Below, in pieces: positions 1 to 9,241 of a stretch of 64,000 nt of DNA (its first letter is position 1; each line of letters opens with the position of its first letter). This stretch comes from an uncultured Chloroflexia bacterium. GTDB lineage: Bacteria > Chloroflexota > Limnocylindria > Limnocylindrales > CSP1-4. Both the position numbers and the translations under genes were made by a program. The stretch lies in the NCBI GenBank assembly GCA_963772565.1, contig CAVYXU010000064.1, forward strand, positions 2,666 to 66,665. The letters run 5' to 3'. The notes beneath the pieces are model-generated. The model was not told the DNA's origin and did not search any database. It saw only the letters and a program-made list of their open reading frames with translations.

Positions 1-2716
1 CCTCCGCCTCGGTCGTCTCGATCGGGTACTTCCAGCGGTGCGCGATCTCGAGCGCCTCGTCCAGGAACAGTCGGGCTCGCTCGACGTCGCCTCTCGCGGC
101 CTCCGTCCGGCCGAGGCAGGTATAGGCGGCGGCAAGTCCCCTCGGGTCATGTCGCGAGTGGAACTCCTCGATCCCCGTCCGGGCGGACGTCTCGGCGTCG
201 TCGAGCTGGCCGAGAGCGATCTGGACGCGGGCCAGGCGGATGTGCGTCCAGCCCGCCTGGGCGCTGCCGCGCATCTCGAAGTAGCCGTCACGGGAGCGGA
301 GCAGGTAGCTGCGGGCGCTCTCGAGATCCCCACGCAGGTGGCGGGCGACGCCCATCAGCTCGTCGGTGAAGTGGAGTCCTTCCGGATGCGCGAGGTCGTC
401 GAAGATCCGGTGCGCGTGTTCGATCGCGTGCTCCGCCTCGTCGAGGCGTCCCTCCCCCATCAGCGTCTCCGACAGCGCGGCGAGCGCGAGCGCGAACAGC
501 TCAGGGTCAGCGCGCTCGCAGGCAGCGACCGCGCTCGACGCGGTCGTGACTGCCTCCGGCGCACCGGCGGCGACCTGCAGGTGCAGCTTCACCATCAGGC
601 CGCGGGGTCGCCACTGGCTCTCTCGTGGAGCCATGTCCAGCGCGCGCTGGAGAAGCTCGAGCGCTTCGCTCAGCTGGCTCGTGCGGTACCAGTAGACGCC
701 GAGTGCGGAGGCCATCTTCAGCGAGGCCTCGCCGTCCTGGCGGTCAAGCGCCCACAACAGCGCGGCCCGGAGGCTCTCCCGCTCGATATGGGCGCGATCG
801 AGCCACACCGCCAACCCCGGCTCGAGCAAGCGCCGGAAGAGCAGCTCGGCAAGGGCAGCGTAGTGGTCGTGATGGCGTCCGGCGGCGGTCGCGTAGGCAC
901 CCGTCGCGCCTGCGCGGTGGCGGACGAACGCGCGCACGGTCTCGAGCATGCGGTAGCGTGGCTCCCCGGCATCGAACGCGACCAGCGACTTGTCGACGAG
1001 CTGCGACAGCAAGTGAAGCACCAGGTCGCCGTCCGTCTCCTCGTCCGCGGCGACGGCACGGGCGGCCGGGGCGTCGAAATCGGCCGGGAAGACGGCGAGG
1101 CTGATCAGCACCCGACGCTCCTCGGAGCTCAGCTGCGCGTAGCTCCACTCGATCGCGGTCTCCAGCGTCCGGTGGCGTGCCGGAGCCGTGCGTTCGCCGC
1201 CGCCGAGAACCTCCAGCCGGCGCTCGAGGATCCGGTCAAGCTCGGGCAGCGGCAACGAGCGCAACCTGCCGGCCGCCAGCTCGATCGCAAGCGGCAGCCC
1301 ATCCAGCCGTACCACGATCCGGGCGACGGCCGCCGCATCCGCGTCGCCGAGCCGATCCTGGTCCAGGGAATCTCCACTGCGGGCCAGGAACAGCTGCGCG
1401 GCCTCATAGTCCAGGAGTCGATCGACGGCGGGCGTGATCTCCGAGGGTGTCCGCAGCGGCGGCACCGGCTGGATCGCCTCTCCGCCGACGCGTAGCGGTT
1501 CGCGGCTGGTCGTCAGCAGGTGCGGACTCGTGGTCTCCGCGACCACGCGTGTCAACAGGGGCGCGACGGCTCCCACCACATGTTCGCAGTTGTCGACGAT
1601 GAGGAGCATTCGGGCGCCACGCAGGCGCGCGATGACCATGTCGTCCGCCCGTACGCCGCCCGCCTCCTCGCGAAGCGACAGCGCGCGCGCAAATGCCGCC
1701 GTCACCGTCTCGGCGTCGACCGCTGCAAGATCGACCCACCAGATCCCATCAGGAAAGCTCGGCCGAAGCTGCGTGGCGACCTCGATGGCGAGCCGCGTCT
1801 TGCCCACGCCGGCGGGCCCAACCAGCGACACCAGCCGTTCCCGGCCCATGAGCTCGCGAAGCTCAGCAAGCAGGTCGTCACGACCGATCAGACTCGTCGC
1901 CGGTCGCGGCATCCCATGCATCCGACCGGCCTCGTCGTGGTCGAGCGTTCGCTCCTGCAACAGGATCAGCCGTTCCAGGCGGCGCAGCTCCGCTCCGGCA
2001 TCGAGGCCGAACTCGTCCGTCAGGACGCGGTGGGCCTCGCGATAGGCGGCGAGCGCCTCGACCTGCCGGCCCGAGCGGTACAGGGCGAGCATCAGCTGCG
2101 CCCACGGTCGCTCCCGCTCCGGAGTCGCCGATACCCGTGCACGCAGCTCAGACACCAGCTCGCGATGCCGGCCCTGCTCGAGCCTGGCCTCGACGAGGTC
2201 GTCCTCGAGCAACAGCCGCAGCTCGACCAGCCGCTCCCGCTCGAACCGCACGGCCTCGAGATCCTCGAGACCGGCGAGTGGGCGCCCGCGCACGAGCGCA
2301 AGCGCCTCCGTCAGCAGCTCCTCCGCCTCCGCAGCCATTCCCTCCGACAGCGCCGATCGCGACGCCTTCGCCAGCGCCTCGAAGCGCTCCACGTCGAGCT
2401 CTCCAGCATCGGATGGCAGGCGGTAGCCGGTTGGCCCGCTGAGCAGCGGTGAACCGTCCTCGTCCGCAAGCAGCTTCCGCAGCCGCGAGAGGTATGTGCG
2501 CACGGTCTGGACCGCGTTCGCGGGGCTGTCTCCGGGCCAGAGCGCGTCCGCGAGCGCATCTGCCGAGACGGCCTCGCCTCGCCGGACGAGGAGCATCGCC
2601 AGCACCGTCTGCTGCTGCGGCGAGCCCAGCGCGAGCGGGCGACCGTTTCGCCATGCAGCCAGCGGGCCGAGCAGCCCGAACCGGAGTTGAGCTCGCTGCT
2701 CGAGACTCCGGCCCAT
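1..2716 (-). CDS. SARP/AfsR-like regulator (OmpR-type winged helix + BTAD + NB-ARC-type P-loop ATPase + TPR); C-terminus lies beyond the window
   Basis: Absent from the ORF track because it is edge-truncated. Hand translation from ATG at 2716..2714 gives MGRSLEQRAQLRFGLLGPLAAWRNGRPLALGSPQQQTVLAMLLV...VQTVRTYLSRLRKLL (winged helix), then RPWAQLMLALYRSGRQVEALAAYREAHRVLTDEFGLDAGAELRRLERLIL (BTAD), then LVSLVGPAGVGKTRLA (Walker A). The codon at 70..68 is in the same frame. No complete ORF is listed in this frame, which fits an open frame running to position 1. Confidence 0.85.
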   Translation of the reverse strand, partial: MGRSLEQRAQLRFGLLGPLAAWRNGRPLALGSPQQQTVLAMLLVRRGEAVSADALADALWPGDSPANAVQTVRTYLSRLRKLLADEDGSPLLSGPTGYRLPSDAGELDVERFEALAKASRSALSEGMAAEAEELLTEALALVRGRPLAGLEDLEAVRFERERLVELRLLLEDDLVEARLEQGRHRELVSELRARVSATPERERPWAQLMLALYRSGRQVEALAAYREAHRVLTDEFGLDAGAELRRLERLILLQERTLDHDEAGRMHGMPRPATSLIGRDDLLAELRELMGRERLVSLVGPAGVGKTRLAIEVATQLRPSFPDGIWWVDLAAVDAETVTAAFARALSLREEAGGVRADDMVIARLRGARMLLIVDNCEHVVGAVAPLLTRVVAETTSPHLLTTSREPLRVGGEAIQPVPPLRTPSEITPAVDRLLDYEAAQLFLARSGDSLDQDRLGDADAAAVARIVVRLDGLPLAIELAAGRLRSLPLPELDRILERRLEVLGGGERTAPARHRTLETAIEWSYAQLSSEERRVLISLAVFPADFDAPAARAVAADEETDGDLVLHLLSQLVDKSLVAFDAGEPRYRMLETVRAFVRHRAGATGAYATAAGRHHDHYAALAELLFRRLLEPGLAVWLDRAHIERESLRAALLWALDRQDGEASLKMASALGVYWYRTSQLSEALELLQRALDMAPRESQWRPRGLMVKLHLQVAAGAPEAVTTASSAVAACERADPELFALALAALSETLMGEGRLDEAEHAIEHAHRIFDDLAHPEGLHFTDELMGVARHLRGDLESARSYLLRSRDGYFEMRGSAQAGWTHIRLARVQIALGQLDDAETSARTGIEEFHSRHDPRGLAAAYTCLGRTEAARGDVERARLFLDEALEIAHRWKYPIETTEAE

Positions 2717-2853
2717 GGGCGCCGCCCTCCTCGACTCGTCGCAACGATTGTCCTCCCGCGCAGCGTTCCCGCCAAGGCCGGCCTGCGCCGGCTCCGCAAT
2801 TCGACACGCGGTGCCGGCGGGACGCCATTTCCTCGACCACCGACAATGGGCCG

Positions 2854-3822
2854 ATGAGGGCTGTCGTCCAGGACCGGTACGGGCCGCCCGAGGTGCTGCG
2901 GATCGAGGATGTCGAGCAGCCCGCACCCAGGGACGACGAGATCCTGGTCCGGATCCGCGCGTCGACGGTCAGCCAGACCGATGCCCATGGCCGCGGCGCC
3001 CACCCCGTCCTGTGGCGCCTCGTCGCCGGGCTTCGCCGGCCGCGGTGGCGGACCCTCGGCGTGGAGTTTGCCGGCGAGGTCGCGGCCGCCGGCCCGGCCG
3101 TCCGGCAGTTCCACGTCGGTGACCAGGTCTTCGGATCCCGCTGGTTCGGCGCTCATGCTGAGCTCATCTGCATCTCCGAGACCGGGGCCCTCGCCCACAA
3201 GCCTGCCAACGTCAGCTTCGAGGAGGCCGCGGCGATCTATGACGGCGGCTCGCAGGCGCTTTCGACCATGCGCCAGGGCGATGTCCGGGAAGGCGGGCGA
3301 ATCCTCATCTACGGTGCCTCGGGCTCGCTCGGAACCGCGGCGGTACAGATCGCGAAGCACCTCGGCGCGCACGTCACCGGGGTCTGCGGGTCGGATCACG
3401 TGGACCTCGTGCGGTCGCTCGGTGCCGACGAGGTCATCGACTACCACCACGAGGACTTCAGGAACAACGGCCAGGCGTACGACGCGATCATCGACGCGGT
3501 GGGCAAGTACGCCTTCCGCTGGGCGCGACGCTCGCTCGAGCCGGGCGGGATCTACGTCGCGACGGACGTCGGGCCGCGCCCGCTCGAAGCCATCCTGTTC
3601 GCAGTCGCGACACGCTGGGTCGGCGGCCGGCGCCTGAAGTTCGCATCCGGCCGGCGGAGCCGGGATGACGCCCGATACCTGAAGGAGCTGGTCGAGGCGG
3701 GTGCGTACCGCCCCGTCATCGATCGCGTGTACCCGATGAGCCAGGTCGCCGACGCCCACCGATACGTGGAGGCTTGGCACAAGGCCGGCAACGTCGTCTT
3801 GACCATCGAGCCAGAGGCCTGA
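2854..3822 (+). CDS. NAD(P)H:quinone oxidoreductase / zinc-type alcohol dehydrogenase-like protein (MDR superfamily)
   Basis: Internal ATG of track ORF 2449..3822. MRAVVQDRYGPPEVLRIEDVEQPAP..., ILIYGASGSLGTAAVQIAK nucleotide-binding stretch, C-terminal GKVVL-like GNVVLTIE. The upstream part of the track ORF is Arg/Pro-rich junk. Confidence 0.85.
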   Translation: MRAVVQDRYGPPEVLRIEDVEQPAPRDDEILVRIRASTVSQTDAHGRGAHPVLWRLVAGLRRPRWRTLGVEFAGEVAAAGPAVRQFHVGDQVFGSRWFGAHAELICISETGALAHKPANVSFEEAAAIYDGGSQALSTMRQGDVREGGRILIYGASGSLGTAAVQIAKHLGAHVTGVCGSDHVDLVRSLGADEVIDYHHEDFRNNGQAYDAIIDAVGKYAFRWARRSLEPGGIYVATDVGPRPLEAILFAVATRWVGGRRLKFASGRRSRDDARYLKELVEAGAYRPVIDRVYPMSQVADAHRYVEAWHKAGNVVLTIEPEA

Positions 3823-3965
3823 GCCGACCGAGGCGCACCACCCGGGGAAGCTGCCCAGATCGACATCCGGGCGTGTTGGCGACGTGCACCTGGGACCTCG
3901 GGCCCTGAAACGGCAAGGCGGCGGGTTCTCGCTCCGTTCCCGCTCCGGCCCGGCTCGATCCCGGG

Positions 3966-4133
3966 CTACGCCTCCACGCCACGCTCGAGGGCCGCGCCGA
4001 GCGCAACCCCGATCGCTGCGCCGGCGACGAGACCCAACGGCCCGGCGCTGGCCATGATCGCCACGCCGAGACACAGCCCGATCGCGATTCCGACGCTGAT
4101 CCCCTCGCCCTTCTTGAGCTTCCGCCGACCCAT
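3966..4133 (-). CDS. small glycine-zipper membrane protein (55 aa)
   Basis: MGRRKLKKGEGISVGIAIGLCLGVAIMASAGPLGLVAGAAIGVALGAALERGVEA. GGAGG sits 7 nt upstream of the ATG at 4133. Third codon positions are GC-rich, as in neighbouring genes. Confidence 0.5.
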   Translation of the reverse strand: MGRRKLKKGEGISVGIAIGLCLGVAIMASAGPLGLVAGAAIGVALGAALERGVEA

Positions 4134-4314
4134 GACGTACCTCCATCCGAGGGACGCCATCGATACATCACCCATTGTCAAGCACGCGCGCGGTGCGGCG
4201 GAGCGCCATACCGCCTACCCGCCAGGGCGAGCGTCCCTTCCGGGGGGAGCGACCCGCGGGGACCAGCGGACGACCAGTGGACGACCAGGGGGGAGTTGAA
4301 CCTGCTTCGAAAGC

Positions 4315-5532
4315 TCAGCTCGTCGGGACGATGATGACCCACTTGTGGAACCAGGCCTTGTTGTAGGTCGCGGTCGCATCGTGCTGGAGATACCAGCCGA
4401 AGGCGAAGCTGTCGACCGACGAGGAGCGGTGCTTGCCGACCGTCGCGCCAGTCGTGTACGGGTCTGACGTGTAGATCGACTTGAGCGTGAACGAACCGGC
4501 CGCGGGGTCGCCGGTCGCGATGTACCCGGTCATGACGATGGCGTGGCCGCCGTTCCAGACGATGAGCCCAACCGACTTGCCGTACGTCGCGAGCGCGACC
4601 GCGGCCGCGTTGAGCGCGGAGGTCTTGGACGAATACGCCTTCCATGCGTACGTCGTCGGGACCCCGGCGGCAGCCGAGAAGTGCGTTGCCGCCAGCGACC
4701 ATCCGAGCGGGTCAGATCCATGCTGGACGCTGTCCTTCAGGGCATCACGCGGCTGCTCGTAGCCGAGGATCGTCATCTGGTTAAGGTTGAGATCCTTCTG
4801 GACGAGGAAGTTCATCATCATTGCCGTGGACGCCGCCGTGCAGGTCCGTCCGTCGATCTGGCGCTCGTAGCCGGCCGCGAAGTAGACGTCCTTCTTGAAG
4901 GTCGTGGCGGGCGGGGCCGGCGCAGCGGTCGGCTGCGGTGTCGGGGCTGGCTGAACATCCGCCTGCGGCGTGGCGGTCGGCTGCACGACCGGCTGCGGCG
5001 TGGCGACAGGGACGACGACGAGCTGCGGAGTCGCGGTTGGCTTGACGACCGGCTGCGGCGTGGGGGTTGCCTTCACGACCGGCTTCGGTGTCGCGGTCGC
5101 CTTCGGCTTCGGCTTGGGCGTCGCAGTCGGCTTCGGCTTCACGACCGGCTTGGGCGTCGCCTTCACGACCGGCTTCGGCGTCGCGGTTGCCTTTGGCTTC
5201 GGCTTGGGCGTCGCAGTCGGCTTCGGCGTCACGACCGGCTTGGGCGTGGGCGCGACGGTCGACGTCGGAGTTGGGGCGACCGTCGGCGTCGCGGTCGGCG
5301 GCGGGGAGACAGCCGGCGCTGGCGTCAGGACCGGCTTGACTGAGGGCGCCACTGAGGGCGCCGCGGCCAGGTTCGAAGTCGCGGCGTCAGGCTGCGTCGC
5401 GGTCGAGAACGTGATGGGCGCCGGAGCTCCGATCGGGTTCGCGGCGAGCGCCGCGCCGGACACCGCGAGAAGCAGCACCGCTGCGCCGACGATGAGGACG
5501 TACGTCCTACGGCTGCGGATCCCTTTGGGCAT
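4315..5532 (-). CDS. secreted or anchored papain-fold cysteine peptidase-like protein (C39-like domain) with Pro/Thr/Lys-rich linker
   Basis: Internal start gives MPKGIRSRRTYVLIVGAAVLLLAVSGAALA (signal or anchor). A long PT/PK linker follows. The C-terminal domain has DGRTCTAASTAMMMNF (candidate Cys) and WNGGHAIVMTGY (candidate His). Confidence 0.7.
   Translation of the reverse strand: MPKGIRSRRTYVLIVGAAVLLLAVSGAALAANPIGAPAPITFSTATQPDAATSNLAAAPSVAPSVKPVLTPAPAVSPPPTATPTVAPTPTSTVAPTPKPVVTPKPTATPKPKPKATATPKPVVKATPKPVVKPKPTATPKPKPKATATPKPVVKATPTPQPVVKPTATPQLVVVPVATPQPVVQPTATPQADVQPAPTPQPTAAPAPPATTFKKDVYFAAGYERQIDGRTCTAASTAMMMNFLVQKDLNLNQMTILGYEQPRDALKDSVQHGSDPLGWSLAATHFSAAAGVPTTYAWKAYSSKTSALNAAAVALATYGKSVGLIVWNGGHAIVMTGYIATGDPAAGSFTLKSIYTSDPYTTGATVGKHRSSSVDSFAFGWYLQHDATATYNKAWFHKWVIIVPTS
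5071..5250 (-). repeat. 90-bp (30-codon) tandem duplication inside the PT-rich linker of the peptidase gene
   Basis: 5071..5160 and 5161..5250 are near identical (cttcacgaccggcttcggYgtcgcggtYgcc...). They encode KPKPKATATPKPVVKATPKPVVKPKPTATP twice. Confidence 0.85.
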
Positions 5533-5903
5533 CGGGTCGAGCCACTTCTCTCTGCCGGGCGATCCCGACGCTGCTAACGGTGCGTCCCGGGTGAGTGCGG
5601 GCTGCCGATCGGGCACGCTCGGCCCGGCAGTCCGCCGGTCACGGAGGGACGAGCCAACCCACGTTGAGCCTGACCCGACAAGGGCGTGGTCAGCGAAGTG
5701 GTATCGGCCATGGCTCGAATATCTGCCGGTGAGGACGCTTGGGCAACGGAGTGAGGCGTGGCATTCGGCTTGTCCCGAACGGCATTCGTCATCGTGTGGG
5801 CGGTCAGGCACGCGGAGGGGTGGTTGGTGGGGGTTGACGCCGCATTCACCTCCTGCGCCGGACCGCGCGCCGGCGCGGTGTCACGATCCGATGGGTCGCT
5901 GCG

Positions 5904-6938
5904 TCAGTGAACCAGCGTGGGATCGATCCTGAAGATCCGAGTGCCGCCGTACTCCTCGACCCAGATCTCCTGACCCACCTGCTCCACGGTCCAGATCCTG
6001 GGGGCCAGCGTCACTGTGCCGGCGACCGCATTGGTGGTGGGGTCGATCCGGTACAGGATCCCGTCGGTGGCATTGGCGACCCACAGGGCACCGAAGGCGT
6101 AGGCGGGATCCCGCGGCGCACCACCCAGTGCAATGGACGCCAGGACCGATCCGCTTGTCGGATCGATACGGGTCACGCCACCCGCGTTGTCGGTCACCCA
6201 CAGCGTGCCGTCGCCGTCTCCGAACCAGGTCGGCGTGATGCCCAGGCCGCTCGTCACCCGGAGATCGATCGCGCTGCCCGCGGCGTCCAGCCGATCGACC
6301 TCGTTCGCGGCCTGGACGGAGACCCACAGGTGACCGTCGACGACGGCCAGCCCGGTCGGCTGGGGCCCGGTGGTGACGGACCGATCGATGGCACCGGTCT
6401 TCGCGTCGACATGGATGACGCCCGGCAGCCCCCGGTCCGCGATCCACACACCGCTTTCATCCGGCTGGGCGTCCCATGGCTGACCCGCGAGCGCCGTGTC
6501 GTGGAGATCCTTTCCTGTATCCGGCGCAACCTCGTGCACGAGGTTCCCCGACAGGTCCGCAACCCACAGCGCGTCGTTGGCCCAGGCCAGTCCGCAGATC
6601 GTCGCCCCGAGGTTCGCGACGGGCGTCACGTCGCCGGTGTCGGGATCCACCCCGACCACGTCGCCGGTCCCGTACAGGGTCACGAACACGCGTCCATCCG
6701 GGCTGGACTCGAGGGCGCACGGACCGGAGCCCACCTCGATGGTCCCGATGATCGCGGCCGAGCCGGCGGTTGGCGATGGCGACGCCACGACCGTCGCGGC
6801 AGCGGACGGGGCGCTCGAGGGTGTCGCCCCGGCCGGCGTGGCCGGCGATGTCGAGGCAGGTTGTCCGCCACCGCACGCGGCCAGTGCTGACCCCAGCAGG
6901 AGCGTTGCGGCGGCGACGGTGCTGCGATGGATCAACAT
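5904..6938 (-). CDS. lipoprotein with beta-propeller repeats (YVTN/NHL-like)
   Basis: Internal start gives MLIHRSTVAAATLLLGSALAAC (lipobox LAAC). A Ser/Pro/Thr linker follows, then repeated ...G..P.G.A...G.LWV.. blades. Confidence 0.75.
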   Translation of the reverse strand: MLIHRSTVAAATLLLGSALAACGGGQPASTSPATPAGATPSSAPSAAATVVASPSPTAGSAAIIGTIEVGSGPCALESSPDGRVFVTLYGTGDVVGVDPDTGDVTPVANLGATICGLAWANDALWVADLSGNLVHEVAPDTGKDLHDTALAGQPWDAQPDESGVWIADRGLPGVIHVDAKTGAIDRSVTTGPQPTGLAVVDGHLWVSVQAANEVDRLDAAGSAIDLRVTSGLGITPTWFGDGDGTLWVTDNAGGVTRIDPTSGSVLASIALGGAPRDPAYAFGALWVANATDGILYRIDPTTNAVAGTVTLAPRIWTVEQVGQEIWVEEYGGTRIFRIDPTLVH

Positions 6939-7255
6939 GGGAACGCGCTCCTCCGGCCCCAGCTGCGTCGGATACGGGCATCGGAAATCGTGGGCGCGAT
7001 CGGCGACGGCTGTCAACGGCGCGCTGGCCTCCCCTCCCCCATGATTTCTCGGCAGTCGCGTGGGGCGCCGGGTAGCGACTGCTACCCTCGCCAGCGCGAT
7101 GGCTTCTTGGCACGACGTCGATGCGTCAGTGACCGTCCGCGCGCTGATGCGGCAACCGACGGCGTATCTGCCCCTGCAGGCCGCGATGCTGATTCCTGCT
7201 GGCAGTCGCGCCCCTGTGGGCGCTCGGCGGCCTTTAGCCGCGGCGTCCGGGCCGG

Positions 7256-7693
7256 CTACGCCACTCGCACCAGCCTGACCACGGGGATCACGCGAGTCGT
7301 CTTCGTCGGGTAGTCCTTGAAGGCAGGATGCTCGGCGGCGTGTGCGGTGTACAGGCGATCCCGCTCCCCGCCCTCGACCACGGACGCGCGTGCCTGGAAC
7401 GTCTCCTCGCCGAGCTCCACGGTGGCGACCGGGTTGGCGAGCAGGTTGAGATACCACGCCGGGTTCGTGGGAGCGCCGCCCTTGGACGCGACGATCACGA
7501 TCGCGTCGCCGTCGCGGGTATAGGCCAGCGGTGCGAGTCGGGGTTCTCCGCTCCGCGCGCCCTTCGTCGTGAGCAGGAGGATGTTGCGGCCCAGGAACGG
7601 GCCCGACGTTGCCTTGCCGCCGTGGGCTCGAAAGTCCGCGACGAGGGCGTTGGTGAAGTTCGCGTAGTCGGAGCGGTCATCGGTAGTTGCCAT
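7256..7693 (-). CDS. deazaflavin (F420)-dependent oxidoreductase, nitroreductase/DUF385 family
   Basis: MATTDDRSDYANFTNALVADFRAHGGKATSGPFLGRNILLLTTKGARSGEPRLAPLAYTRDGDAIVIVASKGGAPTNPAWYLNL... carries the typical FDOR signature. Confidence 0.85.
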   Translation of the reverse strand: MATTDDRSDYANFTNALVADFRAHGGKATSGPFLGRNILLLTTKGARSGEPRLAPLAYTRDGDAIVIVASKGGAPTNPAWYLNLLANPVATVELGEETFQARASVVEGGERDRLYTAHAAEHPAFKDYPTKTTRVIPVVRLVRVA

Positions 7694-7706
7694 GGCAACT
7701 ATATTA
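7694..7706 (-). promoter_or_regulatory. -10-like TAATAT placed 7 nt upstream of the ATG (candidate leaderless promoter)
   Basis: The minus strand reads GGGGTAATATAGTTGCCATG. This is an AT-rich hexamer in otherwise ~70% GC DNA. Confidence 0.4.
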
Positions 7707-7824
7707 CCCCAGGGCGGGATCAATTCCCGGGCGGGGTTCACAGCGTTCCGGATCGGGGCGCGATGCGGAGGTCCGGGCTGCCTTCCGCCTCCGAGTGATC
7801 GACGCTGCCTGACCGGGTACGCTC

Positions 7825-8328
7825 ATGGCGATGACGATTCGCACCGCCTACAGCATCTGGCCGAAGTACAACCGGCGCCTGCGCGATGGCGTGGCGTCAC
7901 TGACCGAAGCGCAGCTGGCGATCCAGCCCTCGCCCGACCGATGGCCGTTGTGGGCGACGATCGGGCACCTGGCCTGCCAGCGCGTGTTCTGGCTGTGCGA
8001 CTTCGCAGGTGAGTCGGGTGCCGAGACGACGCGGTTCACGAACGCCGGATCCGACTGTCCGGGCGACGACGACCTGGAGCACGTCCTGTCCCCCGGGCAG
8101 CTGACCGAGGCCCTCGACTCGACCTTCCGCATCGTCGAGCAATGCCTGGACCGTTGGACGGCGGACATGCTCGATGCGGAGATCCGTCACCCTGAGTGGG
8201 ACGATTCCTGGGTGCATACGCGAGGCTGGGTCATCCAGCGAGTGTTCAGCCACGACATCTACCACACCGCGGAGCTGAACGAAGGCTTCTCGAGGGCGGG
8301 GCTGCCCCAGGTCGACCTGTGGCGCTGA
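7825..8328 (+). CDS. DinB-family protein
   Basis: A four-helix DinB-like pattern with conserved His residues (WATIGHLA..., VFSHDIYHTAEL). Confidence 0.85.
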   Translation: MAMTIRTAYSIWPKYNRRLRDGVASLTEAQLAIQPSPDRWPLWATIGHLACQRVFWLCDFAGESGAETTRFTNAGSDCPGDDDLEHVLSPGQLTEALDSTFRIVEQCLDRWTADMLDAEIRHPEWDDSWVHTRGWVIQRVFSHDIYHTAELNEGFSRAGLPQVDLWR

Positions 8329-8372
8329 CGAACGTCACCCGAACGGTCGGTCCTTCTCCCCTGTCGCGGGGC

Positions 8373-8406
8373 TTGACGGCTCCCTAATACAACCGTATGG
8401 TTGTAT
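8373..8406 (+). promoter_or_regulatory. candidate promoter (TTGACG-17-TATGGT) overlapped by a perfect 8-4-8 inverted repeat ATACAACC-GTAT-GGTTGTAT (likely ArsR-family operator)
   Basis: TTGACG at 8373..8378 and TATGGT at 8396..8401. The inverted repeat spans 8387..8406 and is AT-rich in GC-rich surroundings. It overlaps the first ATG (8397) and ends 3 nt before the second ATG (8409). Confidence 0.5.
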
Positions 8407-8744
8407 CCATGGTTGCCACGTTCGATCCCGACCTCGCGTTCGCCGCCCTTGCCGATGCCACCCGGCGTGACATCGTGCTCCGGGCGTTGAACGGCAACGA
8501 GGGCGTCGCCGAGCTGGCCGGCCATTACCCCATGAGCTTCGCGGCCGTGCAGAAGCACGTCGCGATCCTCGAACGAGCGGGCCTCGTGACCAAGCACCGG
8601 GTTGGCCGCAGGAAGCTCGTGCGAACCGACATCGAGACGCTGCGCCTGGCGCGTGGCCTGCTCGACGAGTACGAGGCGTTGTGGCGCGGGCGCATCGACC
8701 GGATGACCGACCTCATCGCCGCCAGCATGGAGACACGGAAATGA
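8397..8744 (+). CDS. ArsR/SmtB-family transcriptional regulator (the start may instead be the ATG at 8409, leaderless)
   Basis: ALADATRRDIVLRALNGNEGVAELAGHYPMSFAAVQKHVAILERAGLVTKHRVGRRKLV is a winged HTH. The stop overlaps the next start (ATGA). Confidence 0.85.
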   Translation: MVVSMVATFDPDLAFAALADATRRDIVLRALNGNEGVAELAGHYPMSFAAVQKHVAILERAGLVTKHRVGRRKLVRTDIETLRLARGLLDEYEALWRGRIDRMTDLIAASMETRK

Positions 8745-9241
8745 CGGTCACCTCGGTCCGCAAGGACCCGGACGCCCTGACGATGACCCTCATCGCGGAG
8801 TTCGACGCCACGCCGGAGCGCGTGTGGCAGCTGTGGGCGGACCCACGGCAGCTCGAGCGCTGGTGGGGGCCGCCCACCTATCCGGCGACGTTCACCCGGC
8901 ACGACCTCAAGCCCGGCAGCCGGGTCGAGTACCACATGACAGGACCCACCGGCGACCAGCCCCACGGCTACTGGGACGTTATCGAGGCGGATCCGCCGCG
9001 GCGGATCGTGTTCCAGGACGGGTTCGCCCACGAGGACGGCACGCCGAACGACGACTTCCCGCGCAACGAGGGGCGCGTTTCCATCGAACCGATCGCCGCG
9101 GGCCGGACACGGATGTCGATCGAGAGCCAGTTCCCGAGCATCGAAGCGATGGAGCAGGTCCTGGCGATGGGCATGGAACAAGGTCTCACGGAGGCGGTGG
9201 GCCAGATCGACGCCATCCTCGCGGAAGGCGTTGCGGCATGA
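8741..9241 (+). CDS. SRPBCC-superfamily protein (Aha1/AHSA1-like domain)
   Basis: MTVTSVRKDPDALTMTLIAEFDATPERVWQLWADPRQLERWWGPP... ATGA overlap junctions on both sides indicate an operon with the ArsR gene. Confidence 0.85.
   Translation: MTVTSVRKDPDALTMTLIAEFDATPERVWQLWADPRQLERWWGPPTYPATFTRHDLKPGSRVEYHMTGPTGDQPHGYWDVIEADPPRRIVFQDGFAHEDGTPNDDFPRNEGRVSIEPIAAGRTRMSIESQFPSIEAMEQVLAMGMEQGLTEAVGQIDAILAEGVAA

Noticed and set aside
2311-4146. 611-aa minus-strand ORF spanning the SARP start, the oxidoreductase gene and beyond
   Set aside because: It is extremely Arg/Gly/Pro-rich with no motifs. It lies antisense to a well-supported MDR oxidoreductase gene, so it is a typical high-GC shadow ORF.
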